Below are positions 26,021-39,830 of a DNA stretch of 64,000 bases, one piece after another. Below the pieces are notes generated by a model. It was not told the origin of the DNA, searched no databases, and worked only from the letters and a program-made list of their open reading frames with translations. The DNA is taken from contig NC_057720.1 of the NCBI RefSeq assembly GCF_004010195.1, positions 8,147,883-8,211,882 of the forward strand, in the 5' to 3' direction. The DNA is from Chiloscyllium plagiosum (Eukaryota). The first letter of the stretch is position 1; every line of letters starts with the position of its first letter. The position numbers and the translations under genes are program-made.

Positions 26021-27094
26021 AACATTACTCTTCCCCCTGTTGTCACTGGCTCAAAATCCTGAAAATCCTGTCCTAAAAGCAGTGGGAGTACACATACACC
26101 CAATGAACTGTGCAGTGTGTGAGAGGGTACACTTCAAAAGCATGCTGAGCTTATCACTTATGTGGCATAGACTGGCAAAGAAAAATAAGGAGCTTGCTCC
26201 TTTTAATGCTATTGTCATGTTTATGAAAGACTATAAAGTTGATGGATCTCAGTGGTAATGGCACACACACATACTAAACTACATTGAACCTTATAATCAT
26301 TGATTAATATCATCCTGCTGTTCACAACTATGTACAATCACTTAGGGTATTTCAACTTACTGTTAAGCTTGTTCGTTGTTGATGAGAAGTACCATCACTA
26401 TAATAAGTCATTTGTTCCTTTTATTATGAGTGTATCTTTTCACTGGGGACATCAATGCATCTAAATTTTGAGCTTGCAGTTACTTTTGACTTTTCATTTT
26501 GACAGCAGGACGCTGTAGTTGGAATACATTTTTTTTTTGTTCCCCCACCACCTTCTTTCCCGTGTGACTCTCATTGCTTATGACAGAAACATAATGTGAA
26601 TTGGCAATAGAAACGGGCAGTCAGACTTCATCCCCAGTCTCCAGAGAGTGCTGCAGACTCCTGCCAGCCCTCCACAGTCTCAGCTAAGATCCCTTTCTAT
26701 TGACAGACCAGCCTGCATGATGGCCACTTCCTTCATGTAGGGCATTTCATCTGACCCCCAGTGGGGGTGGAGAAGTAACTGGATAGTGACAGAAAGTCGT
26801 AATCTTGGCCCTTCTTGTTATTTTCTTTAGTTCGTTTTCGATTCTTATTTCTTTTTGAGTTCCAGCTAGAGGTCATCGGATTGAGCCACAACCCTGGGAT
26901 CAAACTTGGCATCTTCTGGTCTAGAGTTTGGTGCTAACCTGGGGGAAGTCTCTTCCCTCCCAGCTCAAGGCAACAAGATGCTTTCACTCTTTGGAAGTGT
27001 AAGTCAGGGGCTAGGACGTAATTTATTGCCAATCTTTAGTCTGCACTGAGAAGGTGATGAACTAACTCGTCCCGAATTACTTTGATATCTTTAA

Positions 27095-28285
27095 CAATTT
27101 TTTAATTCCTTCATGGGATGTGGACATCACTGGCTGGTCCAGCACTTATTGCTCATTCCCAGTTGCCCTTGAGAAGGTGGTGGTGAGCTGCCTCCTTGAA
27201 TCGTTGCAGTCCATGTGCTGTAGGTTGACCCAAATTGCCCCGGGAGTTGGGGGGGGTGGGAGATCCAAGATTTTGACCCAGCGAAGGAATGGCAATATGT
27301 TTCCAAGTCGGGGTGGTGAGTGGCTGGGTAGGGGACTTGCTGGAGGTGACATTCTGGTTGAACTTCAATGGTCTGCTCAGAAATGTCCCAGTACCTTGAG
27401 AGCCAGCTTCAAGGTGAGAGCAGGCAGTAGTTTAAACCGAATGTGTTCCCCAATTTGTGTGACCTTCCCAGAGGGAGATCAGCACCAGCAAATGTCACAT
27501 GTCTGGATCAGCTCCATAAATGACCTCGCAAGCTGCTCTGTTCAAGGGCAGTTAGGGATGGGCAATAAATTCCAGCCAGTCAGCAATGCCCATTTCCCTC
27601 GAGTGAATTTAAAAAAAAAGGTTCTGGTCTGGGTCTGGGCTCCTGTCCTGATCACAGTGGCACTGCGTTGAATAAGGGGTAGACCATTAGAGCAGAGTTG
27701 AAGAAAAACTTCTTCACCCAGAGAGTAGTGGATATATGGAATAAAACATAGGACATAGAACATTATAGCGCAGTACAGGCCCTTCAGCCCTCGATATTGC
27801 GCCGATGTCATACCAATCCGAAGCCCATCCATCCTACACTATTCCATGTACGTCCATATGCTTATCAATGACAACTTAAATGTACTTAAAGTTGGCGAAT
27901 CTACTCCATTGCAGACAAAGCATTCCATACCTTTACTACTCTCGGAGTAAAGAAACTACCCCTGACATCTGTCCTATTTCTATCACCCCTCAATTTAAAG
28001 CTATGCCCCCTCATGCTCGCCATCACCATACTTGGTAAAAGGCTCTCCCTGTCCACCCTATCTAACCCTCTGATTGTCTTATGTCTCTAGTAAGTCACCT
28101 CTCAATGCTCTGTCCCAGAAGGCAGTGGAGGCCAAGTCTCTGGAATACTTTCAAGAAAGAGATGGATAGAGGTCTTTAAGATAGTGGAATCAAGGGTTAT
28201 GGGGATAAGGCAGGAACAGGATACTGATTGCTGATGATCAGCCATGATCATAATGAATAGTGGTGCTGGCTCGAAGGGCCAAAAT
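27095..28285. mobile_element. CR1/L2-group LINE 3' tails and nested CR1 fragments
   Basis: Antisense TTGCCCTTGAGAAGGTGGTGGTGAGCTGCC tail, and a minus-strand CR1 (~27745-28103) inside a plus-strand CR1. Confidence 0.72.
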
Positions 28286-28609
28286 GCTACCTATTGTCTA
28301 TTGAACATGAGCACCAAGCTCCCTCCAGAGCCCCAGGTTCTGTTACTGAGCCCTGCCATAACCCCTTTGACCCAGGTCCTACAGAGCCCCCTGACTATTG
28401 AGAAGGGTTGGCACTCAAATGTCCTGATTCCAGCTCGTTATTCTTGGTAGCAGAAAATTCTGGCTAGCACTAGCAATTTGCAAAGTGACCTGACAAAATT
28501 GGGATTAATGTTGCTCACCGTGAGTCCCTGTAAGATGACATGGCAATGATAATTATTACTATTTTTCAGTCAGTTACCTATTATTATTGATGTTCCCTTC
28601 AAGTTAGGA

Positions 28610-28920
28610 TTTTTTTTGCATTCAGTCATGGGACCAGGGTGTCACTGGCTAGGTCAGCATTTATTGCCCTCCCAATTGCCCTGAGTCAACCACATCGCTG
28701 TGGGTCTGGAGTCAAATATAGGGCAGACTAGGTAAGGATGACAGTTTCCTTCCCTTAAGGACATCAGTGAACTGGATGGGTCTTTACCCAAAAATGGATT
28801 CGTGGTCATCATTAAACAACAGATTGTTTTTACTTAATTCAAATTCCACCATCTGCCATTGAACCTGGGTCCCAAGAGCAATCCCTGGATTAACTGTCCA
28901 ACATGCCACTCAGCTGTCAC
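28610..28920 (-). mobile_element. tRNA-derived SINE, DeuSINE/SacSINE1-like (tentative name)
   Basis: Antisense of CCTTACC..GTCTG...GACTCCAGACCCACAGC..TGTGGTTGACTC plus the GGGCAATAAATGCTG tail. Confidence 0.6.
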
Positions 28921-30139
28921 CTTACCTTCCATGAGTTTTAGAATCATTGATGGTGTGTAAGGCATTTTTTTGTCCTGTGGGACATCTGGCTGCGTGTTAC
29001 TAGTCAGCGATTTTACAGCAAGGAATGAGGCCCTTCAGCCCATCATGTCTTTGACAGTCATCAAGCATCCATCTATTCTAATCCTATTTTTCAGCACAAT
29101 ATGCTATTTATTCAGACCATTGCTTATTCTTTTCGCCGCACTTGCTTTCCTCTTCACTTCACCATCACTGTGTCTCAAAGTATGGGAGCCATTCCCATTT
29201 ACTCTGCCCATTACAGGGGCAATGCTTTCCCAGGAACTGATACTATATTTCCACATGTTAGGTTTTGGAATAACCTTGACACATTTCTCCTCCTTGCCTT
29301 CTGCATCTGCCTTGACTGCATGAGAAACTATTTGTACTGCATGAGTTGCCTCTACAGGGAAAACTACAAACTAATGAATAATCTCAGGGTTTTTTTGGAA
29401 TTAGGAAGGTGTTTGATTGGGTATATGTGAGAGAAGTTATCTCCATTCACTGGGGTGTTCAAAGCTCAGGGACAGGACTGCAAGATTCTCACTGATAAAT
29501 TAAATAGAAAATTCAGGAGAAACTTCTTATTTATGATACTGAGTACTTCAGGGGGAAAAAAAACAAAAGAATCCTGATGGGGTTAGATGAAATTCAGTAA
29601 AAGGAGGTTTGTAAGATGCATAAATATTGGTTTAAAGCACCCTGATCAAATTTTCTGTTCCTCTATTGTAAATTTTGCGTAGCAGTATGCACTGTTAAAA
29701 GAATACAATCACCCCTCCATCTTAAACTAGAAGGTGGAGTAATTTTGAAAAGGAGTAGAAAATCGCAGAAGAATGGAAAATGGGTAAGAATACAACATGT
29801 ACACTTCAGTATAGTGAGGCACAAGATAAAAGGGGGGAAAAAAGTTTACCTTTCCAAATTATCAATTATAACTACACATTGCCCTGAAAGACATTGAAGC
29901 CATTGAAGTATGTTGTGGGATGAAGTCAGAAAAATTAGTAACCTCATAGTCGAAGATGAGCGAGGAAATAATGCAATTGAATTTTAATGTTAAGTTTTAG
30001 AATGAAATGGTCCAATCACATGAAAAATTTTATATTTGAATAAAACCAATTGCATAGGTATGAGGGAAGAAATTACTCTGGTTAATTGGATAGATGACAC
30101 TTACTTAATGTAAAATGAGAATACCTAAAGTAAACTTTG

Positions 30140-31278
30140 CTCTGTATGTAAGTTAGCTCACTGAGCTGGAAGGTTTGTTTTCAGACGTATCATCACCATA
30201 ACATCAGTGAGCGTCTCCAGTGAGGCGCTGGTGATATGTCCCACCTCTGTTTATAGGTCTTGGTTTCTTCAGGTGGGTGATGTCATTTCCGGTTCTTTTT
30301 TAAGGGAAGGTAGATAGGATCTAAATTGATGTGTTTATTAATGGAGCTCTGGTTAGAATGCCATACCTCTCAGAATTCTCATGCGTGTCTCTGTTTCGCC
30401 CGTCCAAGGATGTGTGTGTTGTCCCAGTCAAATTGGTGTCCTTCTTTGTCTCTGTGTAGAAACTAGTGATAGTGGGTCATGTCTTTTGATGACTAGTTGC
30501 TGTTCAGGTATTTTTTAACAATTCTTGCAAGGTATCTTGTAAATGACAGTTAGTTTTGCTGTTGATATCAAAAGGATCCTTGAGGTTCATCAGTCGCTGT
30601 TTAAGTGTGTTGGTAGGTTTGTGGGCTACCATGATGTCATGGAGTCTGAGTAGACTAGAAGTCAATTCTGATATGTCTTTTGATGTAAGGTAATGTGGTT
30701 ATAGTTTTTGGTTGCGTTGTTTGCTTGTTTGAGTTTGTTTCTGAAGAATTAGCGGATTGTGTTTATTGGGTATCCATTTTTCTTCAAAACATTGTACAAT
30801 ATATCATACAAGATCTTTAAAAACACACTACATCAAACAAACAAGCAGGAAAGTTGCCACCTGCTAACACTAACACCAATTGGCCACCAAAAGACACATT
30901 CTAGTATCACTAGCTTCCAAAGTTACAGACCAAGAAGGACACCAATTTGAACGGGACAACACACACCATAGGACAGGCGAAACAAAGACAGACATGAGAA
31001 TTCTTAAAGGCATAACATTCTAACCAGAACTCCATTAATAAACACGTTGATTTAGATCCTATCTACCTTCCCTGGAAAAAATGAACCGGAATGACGTCCA
31101 CCTTAAGAAACCAAGACCTATAAACAGAGAGGTGGGACATATCACCAGCGCCTCACCAGAGACTCTCACTGATGTTACCTAGTATGGGGATGAAAGGTCT
31201 GAAAACAAACCTTCCAGCTCAGCGAGCTAACTTACAGACTTATCAACCGGAGCTACAAATCTTTTCAAAAATCGCTAA
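30140..31278. mobile_element. Older Penelope-like element with inverted arms, related to 3160-4236
   Basis: Arms ~30145-30500 and ~30880-31240 are reverse complements. It shares the tail motif GAGCTACAAATCTT and has a decayed CACTGATG..TTACCTAGTATGG.GA.GAAA.GTCTG hammerhead. Confidence 0.82.
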
Positions 31279-31575
31279 ACTTGTGTCTCTTAGAAAGACT
31301 AGAGGTTGGAAATAGCAGATAATGAAAACATTTTGAGTGGTTTTACAGTCTGAGTCAAATTATATAACTGACATAATGGATGACCAAGGTGCTATAAGAA
31401 TGAGGGAATTAAGGAAATTAATATTGGCAGAGAAAAGGTACTGGGCAAGATTGAAAAGAGGTCCCCAGAACCTGATGGATTTTAAAAGAGATAGGGCATT
31501 TCTCTACAGCTAACTGTGATCTTCTAAAACTCTCTACATTCTTGAACAGTCTTAGCAAATTGTAAGTTCATAAAT

Positions 31576-31850
31576 GGGTGGCACGGTGGCCATTCCCGCC
31601 TCAGGCGACTGACTGTGTAGAGTAGTTTGCACATTCTCCCCGTGTCTGCGTGGGTTTCCTCTGGGTGCTCTGGTTTCCTCCCACAGTCCAAAGATGTGCA
31701 GGTTAGGTGAATTGGCCATGCTAAATTGCCTGTAGTGTTAGGTGAAGGGGTAAATGTAGGGGAATGGGTCTGGGTAGTTTGCGCTTCGGCGGGTCGGTGT
31801 GGACTTGTTGGGCCGAAGGGCCTGTTTCCACACTGTAACTAATCTAATCT
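31576..31850 (+). mobile_element. HE1/V-SINE-like SINE with an internal deletion in the tRNA head
   Basis: GGGTGGCACGGTGGC joins directly to ATTCCCGCCTCAGG. The copy ends in an (AATCT)n tail. Confidence 0.88.
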
Positions 31851-31854
31851 ATAT

Positions 31855-33670
31855 GATACCAGAAATCAGTAAAAGAGGGAGAGAGAAAACAATGAATTAT
31901 AGTTCAGTTAATCTAACATCAATTTTCGGTGAAATGTTAGATTCTATGATTTAGTCTTAATAATGCATCAATAGTTCGCCAAAATCTACATTGTTTTCTT
32001 AAAGGAAAATTATACTTGTCAAATTTATCAGCTTTTGTAATGTTGTAACCAGGACGGTACATAAAATAGAACCTAGAAGATGAAATATATTTGAATTCCT
32101 AAAAGGCATTTCTTAAGATGTCATATAAAAGGTTCAGAGGTAAGATAAGGATAAATGGAGTTAGCATGCTAAAGGATAGATTAATGGCCAGGAAGCAAAG
32201 AGTAGGCAAAATCTGTAAATGTTCAGGTCACCAGGCTGTGACCAGTGAAGTATTACAAGAATCCGTGCTGTGCTTCAGCTATTCACAATTTCCATTTATG
32301 ATCTTGGCTAAAGAACAGAGAAATGTACTTAGGAAATTAAGTTGAGGGGAGAATTCAAAGATGTTGTGAAGAGGCATAAATTGGTTAAATAATTGGGCAA
32401 CAAGATAACAGTCATACAGCAAGGAAACAGACCCTTTGGCCCAACTCGTCCATGCTGACCAGGTTTCTTAAACTGAATAAGTCTCATTTGCCTGCGTTTG
32501 GTCCAATCCCTTTAAACCTTTTCCCATTAAAGTACTGTCCAAATGTCTTTTTAATGTTGTAATTGTACTCGCCTCTACCACGTCCTCTGGATGTTCATTC
32601 CAAGCATGCACCACTCTGCATAAAAAAAGTTGCCCCTCAGGTCCCTTTTTAAATCTTTCCACTCTCATCTTAAACCTATGCCCTTCGTTTTGGATCCCCC
32701 ATCCTTGGGGGAAAAAAAATCATGATTTATCACCTTATCCATGCCCCTCAAAGATTTTATAAACCTCTATTAGGACACTCATCAGTCTACTATACTCCAG
32801 AGAACAATGTCCCAGTGTGTCTAGCCTCACCTTATAACTTTGACTCTGTAGTCTCTGTGACATCCTTGTCAATATTTTTCGCACACTTTCTGGTTTAATA
32901 ACATCCTTCCTACAACAGGGTGACTAGAATTGTACACAGTACTCCAAATATAGCCTCACCATGACATAACATGATGTCCCAACTCCTGTACTCAGTGCTC
33001 TGACTGATGAAAGCAAACGTGCCAAGCGCTGTCTTCATAATAGGAAATTTCATTGTAAAAATAGTGAAGCAAGAATATTTTTACCAGGTATCAAACATGT
33101 AAATATTGATATTCAGAGTATATGAATATAGCAACACAAAGTTAGCATGTGGGTACAGCAAGCAACTAGGAAGGCAAATGGCATGCTGGTCTATATTGCA
33201 AGGGAGTTTGAATACTAGAATAAAGACAACTACACAGGGCTTTGGTGAGACCACATCTCAAATAGTTGATGGAAAGTTAGACCAGATTTGGAGGCAGTAC
33301 AGTAAAGACTCCATAAACAGCTCCTTGGGATCAGGGAGTTACCCTATGATGAAAGCCTGAGTAAATTGGGCTGCTGTTCTTTTGATCACTAACAATAATG
33401 GGCTGATCTAATTGAAACATTCAAGGTTGTTCTGCCCTTTGACAGGATAGCTGCTGAGATCTTGCTTCCGTTGGCTGGAGAATCTAGAACTCAGTGCCAG
33501 GAGAAAGGGGCAACCATTTAGGATTGAGAGGAGGTAACATTTCTTCACTCCAAAAGGTTGTTAAACTTTGGCTCTCCTTTCCGCAGAATATTGTTGATGC
33601 TCCATCATTGAATATATTTAAGGCTGACATTCTGGTTGCTCAGAGAATCCAGGGATATGGAGAATGGATG
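31855..33670. mobile_element. Old plus-strand CR1 with a younger minus-strand CR1 (~32410-33040) nested in it
   Basis: Peptides RLMARKQRVG and LCRVVHAWNEHPEDVVEA. Confidence 0.72.
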
Positions 33671-33704
33671 GAGCAGGCAAATGGAAATTTGGCCATTATT
33701 TCAA

Positions 33705-33937
33705 AGGACAGAAAGTGACGACTGCAGACGCTGGACGGTCAGAGTCAAAAGATGTGGTACTGGAAAAGCACAGCAAGTCAGGCAGCAACTGAGGAGCAGG
33801 AGAATTGACGTTTCTGATGAAGGGCTTATGCTCAATGTCGACTGTCCTCCTCCGCGGATGCAGCCTGATCAGCTGTGCTTTTCTGGCGCCACTTTTTGAC
33901 TGTGACTCTCCAACATCTGCAGTCCTCACTTTCTCCT
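33705..33937. mobile_element. Fold-back PLE-derived mini-element
   Basis: Inverted arms meet at GACGTTT|CTGATGAAGGGC (33814). Confidence 0.8.
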
Positions 33938-34629
33938 CCGTGGAGTTGAAACCCAAGATTAACCATGATCTCTGTATTCAATAGTGGAGCACACAATATT
34001 CTTTAGAGTCTAGTCTTGCTCCTATTTCTTTGTGTTGCTGTTGTGATGTAGGACAAAATGACTTATGAAGCAGGAATTGCAGATGGAGTCTACAAGTGAA
34101 ATGTAGAAGCAAGCAAAATGGAGCAATGTTGGAAAATTGGGATGACCAAGGTGAAGGTGCCATCAACAGATTGAAAGATCTGTCGTTGCATGTGGAGAAT
34201 TGGGTTGTGGAGTGAAATCATTTTTTATCACTTGGACTGGACTCTGTTGTTGATTAACTAAGTTTAAGTCAACCAGGAGAGATACTCCATTGCAATGGGA
34301 CAGATGGTAATGTAGATGTAACCAGTGTTCCCTCTAATTTTCTTTCTGGTGGCACAGCTCTACAATGTCCATGTTTGGCAGTCACTCCAAGAATGGGAAG
34401 TTGATGCTGTGATCAATGTGCACTTCAGGATGCGACATGTAAGGAACAGACTGGAGAAAGTACTGAAGTGATTTACAATGGTTCTAGGGATGAGGTTCTC
34501 CACTTACGAGGATAGATTGAAGAAGGTAGAACTGTTCTCCGTGGAGAGGAGATCTGATTGAAGTTTTCAAATTTGAGTGGGCTGCACAGACTAGACAGGC
34601 AGAAGCTGATCCCACTCAAAAAAGCAACA

Positions 34630-35830
34630 AGAGGATAAATCCCCAGGATCTGATCAGGTGTACCCGAGAACTCTGAAGCTAGAGAACTGATTGCTGAGTC
34701 TCTGACTGAGAAGTGTATCATCGATAGTCACAGGTGAGATGCCAGGAGACTGGAGGTTGGCTAATGTCGTGCCACTGTTTAAGAAGGGTGGTAAGGACAT
34801 GCCAGGAACTATAGACCAGTGAGCCTGATGTCAGTGGTGGGCAAGTTGTTGGAGGGAATCCTGAGGGACAGGATGTACATGTATTTGGAAAGGCAAGGAC
34901 TGATTAGGGTATAGTCAACATGGCTTTGTGCTTTGGAAATCATGTCACACAAACTTGATTGAGTTTTTTGAGGAAGTAACAAAGAGAATTGATAAGGGCC
35001 GAGTGGTAGATATGATCTATATGGACTTCAGTAAAACGTTCAACAAGGTTCCCCATGGGAGACTGGTGAGCAAGGTTAGATCTCATGGAATACAGGGAGA
35101 GCTAGCCATTTGGATACAGAACTGGCTCAAAGATAGGAGGCAGAGGGTGGTGGTGGAGGGTTGTTCTTCAGACTGGAGGCCTGTGACCAGTGGAGTACCA
35201 CAAGGATCGGTGCTGGGTCCTCTACTTTTCTTCATTTATATAAATGATTTGGATGTGAGCAGAAGAGGTATAGTTAGTAAGTTTGCTGACGACACCAAAG
35301 TTGGAGGTGTAGTGGACAGCGAAGAAGGTTACCTCCGATTACAATGGGATCTTGATCAGATGGGCCAATGGGCTGAGAAGTGGCAGATGGAGTTTAATTT
35401 AGATAAATGTGAGGTGCTGCATTTTGGGAAAGCAAATCTTAGCAGGACTTATACACTTAATGGTAAGGTCCCCAGGAGTGTTGCTGAATAACAAGACCTT
35501 GGAGTTGCAGGTATATAGGATAGTGAAGAAGGCGTTTGGTATGCTTTCCTTTATTGGTGAGTATTGAGTACAGGAGTTGGGAGGTCATGTTGCGGCTGTA
35601 CAGGACATTGGTTAGACCACTGTTGGAATATTGCATGCAATTCTGGTCTCCTTCCTATCAAAGATGTTGTGAAATTTGAAAGGGTTCAGAAAAGATTTAC
35701 AAGCATGTTGCCAGGGTTGGATGATTTGAGCTATAGGGACAGGTTGAATAGACTGGGGCTGTTTTCCCTGGAGCGTCGGAGGCTTGGTTGGGGTGGGGGG
35801 GGTCTGTTTCCATGCTGTACATTTCTTTGA
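34630..35830 (+). mobile_element. CR1 RT fragment with a 3' internal deletion
   Basis: ORF 34928-35491 contains [31 protein letters not shown] and WQMEFNLDKC. Confidence 0.92.
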
Positions 35831-35934
35831 TTATAACTCTATGAATAAGAGGGAAAAGATTCAAAGTGATGTGAAAAAGAAGCAAGAATGATTGGAAAAA
35901 CGTTTTATTGAGCAAGTGGTTAGGATATTTGATC

Positions 35935-36260
35935 ATACAATCCTTACAGGGTGGAAGCAGGCCATTCAGCCCATCAAGTCAACATTGATCCTCTGACAAC
36001 AATGCAAACAAGACAACCCCTATACTGTAATACCTATGGGTAATCCACTGAGCCTGCACATTCCTGGATACAATGGGCAATGTAAAATGGCCAAGCTACT
36101 TAATCTGCACATGTTTGGACTGAGGGAACCCAGTGGTGCACCCAAAGGAAACCGATGAGGGAACATGCAAACTCCACACAGACAGTCACACGAAGGCAGA
36201 ATCAAACCCATGTCTCTGGCGCTGTGAGGCAGCAGAGCTAACCACTGAGCCACTGTGCCA
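35935..36260 (-). mobile_element. HE1/V-SINE-like SINE
   Basis: The minus strand reads GGCACAGTGGCTCAGTGGTTAGC. Confidence 0.82.
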
Positions 36261-37789
36261 TACTATGCACTGTTTAGAAATGTGGTGGATGCAGGTTCAA
36301 TGGAGACATGCAAAAGGGCACTGGATGATTATTTGGGTGACAGGTAATGTTCCATGGGGGTAGAAAAGATGAGATTGGCAAGAGGTAACTGTGTTCATTT
36401 GAAGAGAAGATAAAGAAATGATGGGTTGAATGGCCTTTGTCTGCACTGTAATGATTCTGTGATTCTGGTCCTGTGTGCAGGGACATGATCTGACCTTTGG
36501 TGGGGGAGGGGGGTGAGGATTTGGTGGTCTCGCCTGGTGGTGATACTAGTGCACCTGAGTTTGTACCGTAACCTGGCACAGACGAGCATAAAAACAAAGA
36601 TACATGTGCACACAGTCTTAAGAACATGAGGAATATGTCTAATTTTAGCAAGTGCTGAATGGAGTAGAATATTCTAATTGTGCATTAATGTGGTGCAAAT
36701 ATGTTCTGGCAATTCAGAGGGTTTTAGGAGATCCTTAGCGGGTTGTCATCCTTAATGCGTTTACAATCTCCTGTCATTGTGCAATATGGCGACTATTTGT
36801 TCCGAAATAAACAGGATAACTAACTGACGGTGCTTTGATATACAGTGCAGCATTTATGAATATCCTACAATTTAAGTACTGGATATGTTCAGCACAGAAA
36901 TAAAGATGCAAAAACATCAGGACAATAAATCCGAACCTTTATTTCAAATCCCCTGAAGAAAGCTTCCACCAAATCACAGTTGTCACAGGGATGGATGATA
37001 AAAGTTTTTTTTGTCAGGGAGTGGAATACAAATCACTTTCCTGTTGCTAACACTGCTCTTTCTCCAAGATGCTGGCACATCATCAACCTTAATGATAAAC
37101 GCCTTCCACAAAAGTAATTCTTAAGCCTCAGGAACAAGCACCTCGGTGGTATCCTGAGAGTACGCTCCACAAACATCATCAATCTCCCTCTCCGTGTGAT
37201 TTACAATCTCTCCTTGCAAACGACTCAAATAGTTCCTGATCAGGCCCTTCAGCCTCAAACTGGGACTTGCCCCTTTGAGTATTTCCCATTGACGTCTGTG
37301 TGTACACATGGCAGGAACAGTTGTGTGCACAGTCAAGCACTCGCACAAACGGGAATTAGGACCAGGAGTCAGCCTGTGATTTCTTGAGTCTGTTGTGCCA
37401 TTTCATCAGATCATGGCTGATTTGATTGTGGTCTCTATATTCCTGCCTACCATCCACTTCCTTGATACACTTACTCAGATAAGAATCTATGTAAGTGAGC
37501 TTTTAAACTAGCTATTGTTCTCTGGGGAAGAGAAATCCAGAGATTAACATCATTCTCAAAAAAAAATTCTCTTCATCTCCAGCTTAAATAGGAGACCCCT
37601 TATTATAGAACTGTAGACTCTAATTCTCTTCTCCTCTTTAAGCTAGAGCATCCTTTCTTCTTCCACCCTTTCAATCCTCCTCACAAATACATAGACACAT
37701 ATTCACTCAGACATACACATATATACACACACACACTCGCATATATACACACACAGGGGTGAACACAAGACAAACAACAATGATAAATT

Positions 37790-37980
37790 GTAAGTATGCA
37801 AGTTAGCTCACTGAGCTGGAATATTTGTTTTCAAATGTTTTGTCACCATACTAGGTAACATCTCATTGATGACCTTACCTAATATGGTGACAAAATGTCT
37901 GAAAACAAACCTTCCAGCTCAGCGAGCTTACTTACATGCTTATCAACCTGAGCAATAAATCTTTTCAAAAATTGCTAAAC
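37790..37980. mobile_element. Fold-back mini-element of the 30140-31278 PLE family
   Basis: Arms AGTTAGCTCACTGAGCTGGAA...TACTAGGTAAC / TTACCTAATATGGTGAC...CCAGCTCAGCGAGCT, plus the family tail. Confidence 0.8.
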
Positions 37981-38117
37981 TTTTATTTAGATAACACTTT
38001 TAACAGATGTCTCAAGACATCACAGGATTTGGATCAAATAGAATTTGATATCTTAGGAGGTATTTGGACTGATGAATAATGTAATTCTGAAGGGAAATCT
38101 TAAAGAATGGAAGGTTT

Positions 38118-39830
38118 AAGTTATAGGGAGAGGCTGGGACATTTTGCACTGGAGCACAGGAGGTTGAGAGGTGACCTGATGTTTAGAAAATCATGAGAGG
38201 TATAGATAAGGTGAATGACCGGTTTCTTCTCCCACCTTAGAAATATAGTCATCAAAACCCCCACCTGTGGGAAAAGAGAAATTTTAAAGGCACAAGGGAC
38301 ATTTTTTTCCAAAGAGTGGTTCACGTGATGAATGAACTTCCAGAGGACAAGATGGATGGGGATACGGTTACAATATTCATAAGGTTTTTAGATAAGTACA
38401 TGAATAAGAAACGTTTGGAGCAAGATGGGGCAAGCGCAGGGCAGATGGGACGAGTTTAGTTTGGGATGATGGTCGGCATGGACTAGTTGGACCGAAGGGT
38501 CTGTTTCAATGACTCTGACTCCATAACTCTCAGTCTACAAAGGTGAAAGGGTTGGAGATAGCTGAATGCAGGCCCACCGACTGCGGAGTTGAAAATGAAA
38601 TAAAAGTCATCAATGCACACGAGTAGAACTCAAGATGTGCAGAGAGCTCAGAAGGCTGTAGAAAGAGGTTGAAGAGACAAGGAGGTTAGGCCTATGGAAG
38701 GAGTTGAAAATGCGAGGAAATATTTTTTCACCTAGTGATGGGAATATGGAACTCACTGCCTGAAGGGGTGATAGAGACAGAAACCCTCATCACATGGATG
38801 AAGTATCTCGATGTGCATTTGCAATACCAATACACACAAGGCTGTGGGTCAAGTGCTGGAAAATGGGATTAAAATGGTTAGATAGTTTGTTTTCACTGGT
38901 GCAGACACAATGGGCTGAAGGGCCTTTGTCTGTGTTGGAGATATCTATGACTCTATTGTAGATCCTAACTCAAGACTATTTTTCTACCTTTCCACCTTAT
39001 TTATTGTTACCTTTCACAAGAAAGAACTCTGACCTGAACACTCTAATTGTTCCAAAATGTAAAAAGTTTTCTCTCGCACGCACCAGCACCAGCCTTGGGT
39101 AATAACATGTGCTTAGATGCCTACACTTAGAAAAAGCTGCAAGCCCACAAAGATTTGCAGAAGACTAGTATGCAGGTACAAAGATAATAAGGAAAGCAAA
39201 TACAATATTGTCATCTATTGCAAATAAAATAGAGAATGTCAGTACTGAAGTGTTGCTAAAACTGTACATGGCATTCGTAAGACTACATCTGGAATATTGC
39301 TTACAACTTTGGGGGTCCCGTGACTTGAGAGATGGAGTTGTATGGGAGGCATTTCAGAGGAGGTTCACGAGATTGACTCCAGAGATGAGAGGTTTGTTTT
39401 ATGAAGAAAGATTGAGCAATTTAGGTCTGCACTTGATAGAGTTCAGAAGAATGAGAGGAGATCTAATTGAGATACGTAAGATAATAAAGCAGATTGAAAA
39501 AGTATACATAGAAAGGAGGCTTCCTCTTCTGGGGTAATCTAAACTTAAAGTCATAGTTTGAGGCTAGGGGTTGGCAGATTTTGAGGGAAATTACTTCTCT
39601 CAAAGGGTCATGAATCTGTGGAATTCACAATCTGAGTGCGGCCGATGCTCGGGCATTGAGTAAATTAAAGAAGATAGGTTCTTGATTAGCAATGGGTTGA
39701 CGGGTAATGGGGTATGAGCAGGAGAATGGAGTTGAGGTGGAGATGAGATCAGCCATGATCATATTGAGTGGCAGAGCAGACTTGATTGAAGGTCTGAATT
39801 GCCTACTCCTGCTCCTAGTTCTTATGTTAT
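38118..39830 (+). mobile_element. Several CR1 3' fragments
   Basis: Peptide LYMAFVRLHLEYC...FQRRFTRLTPEMRGLFYEERL, with tails at ~38525, ~38955 and ~39828. Confidence 0.8.

Noticed and set aside
14094..35491. RT- and endonuclease-like ORFs as host genes
   Set aside because: They are frameshifted, truncated CR1 ORF2 fragments present in many copies.
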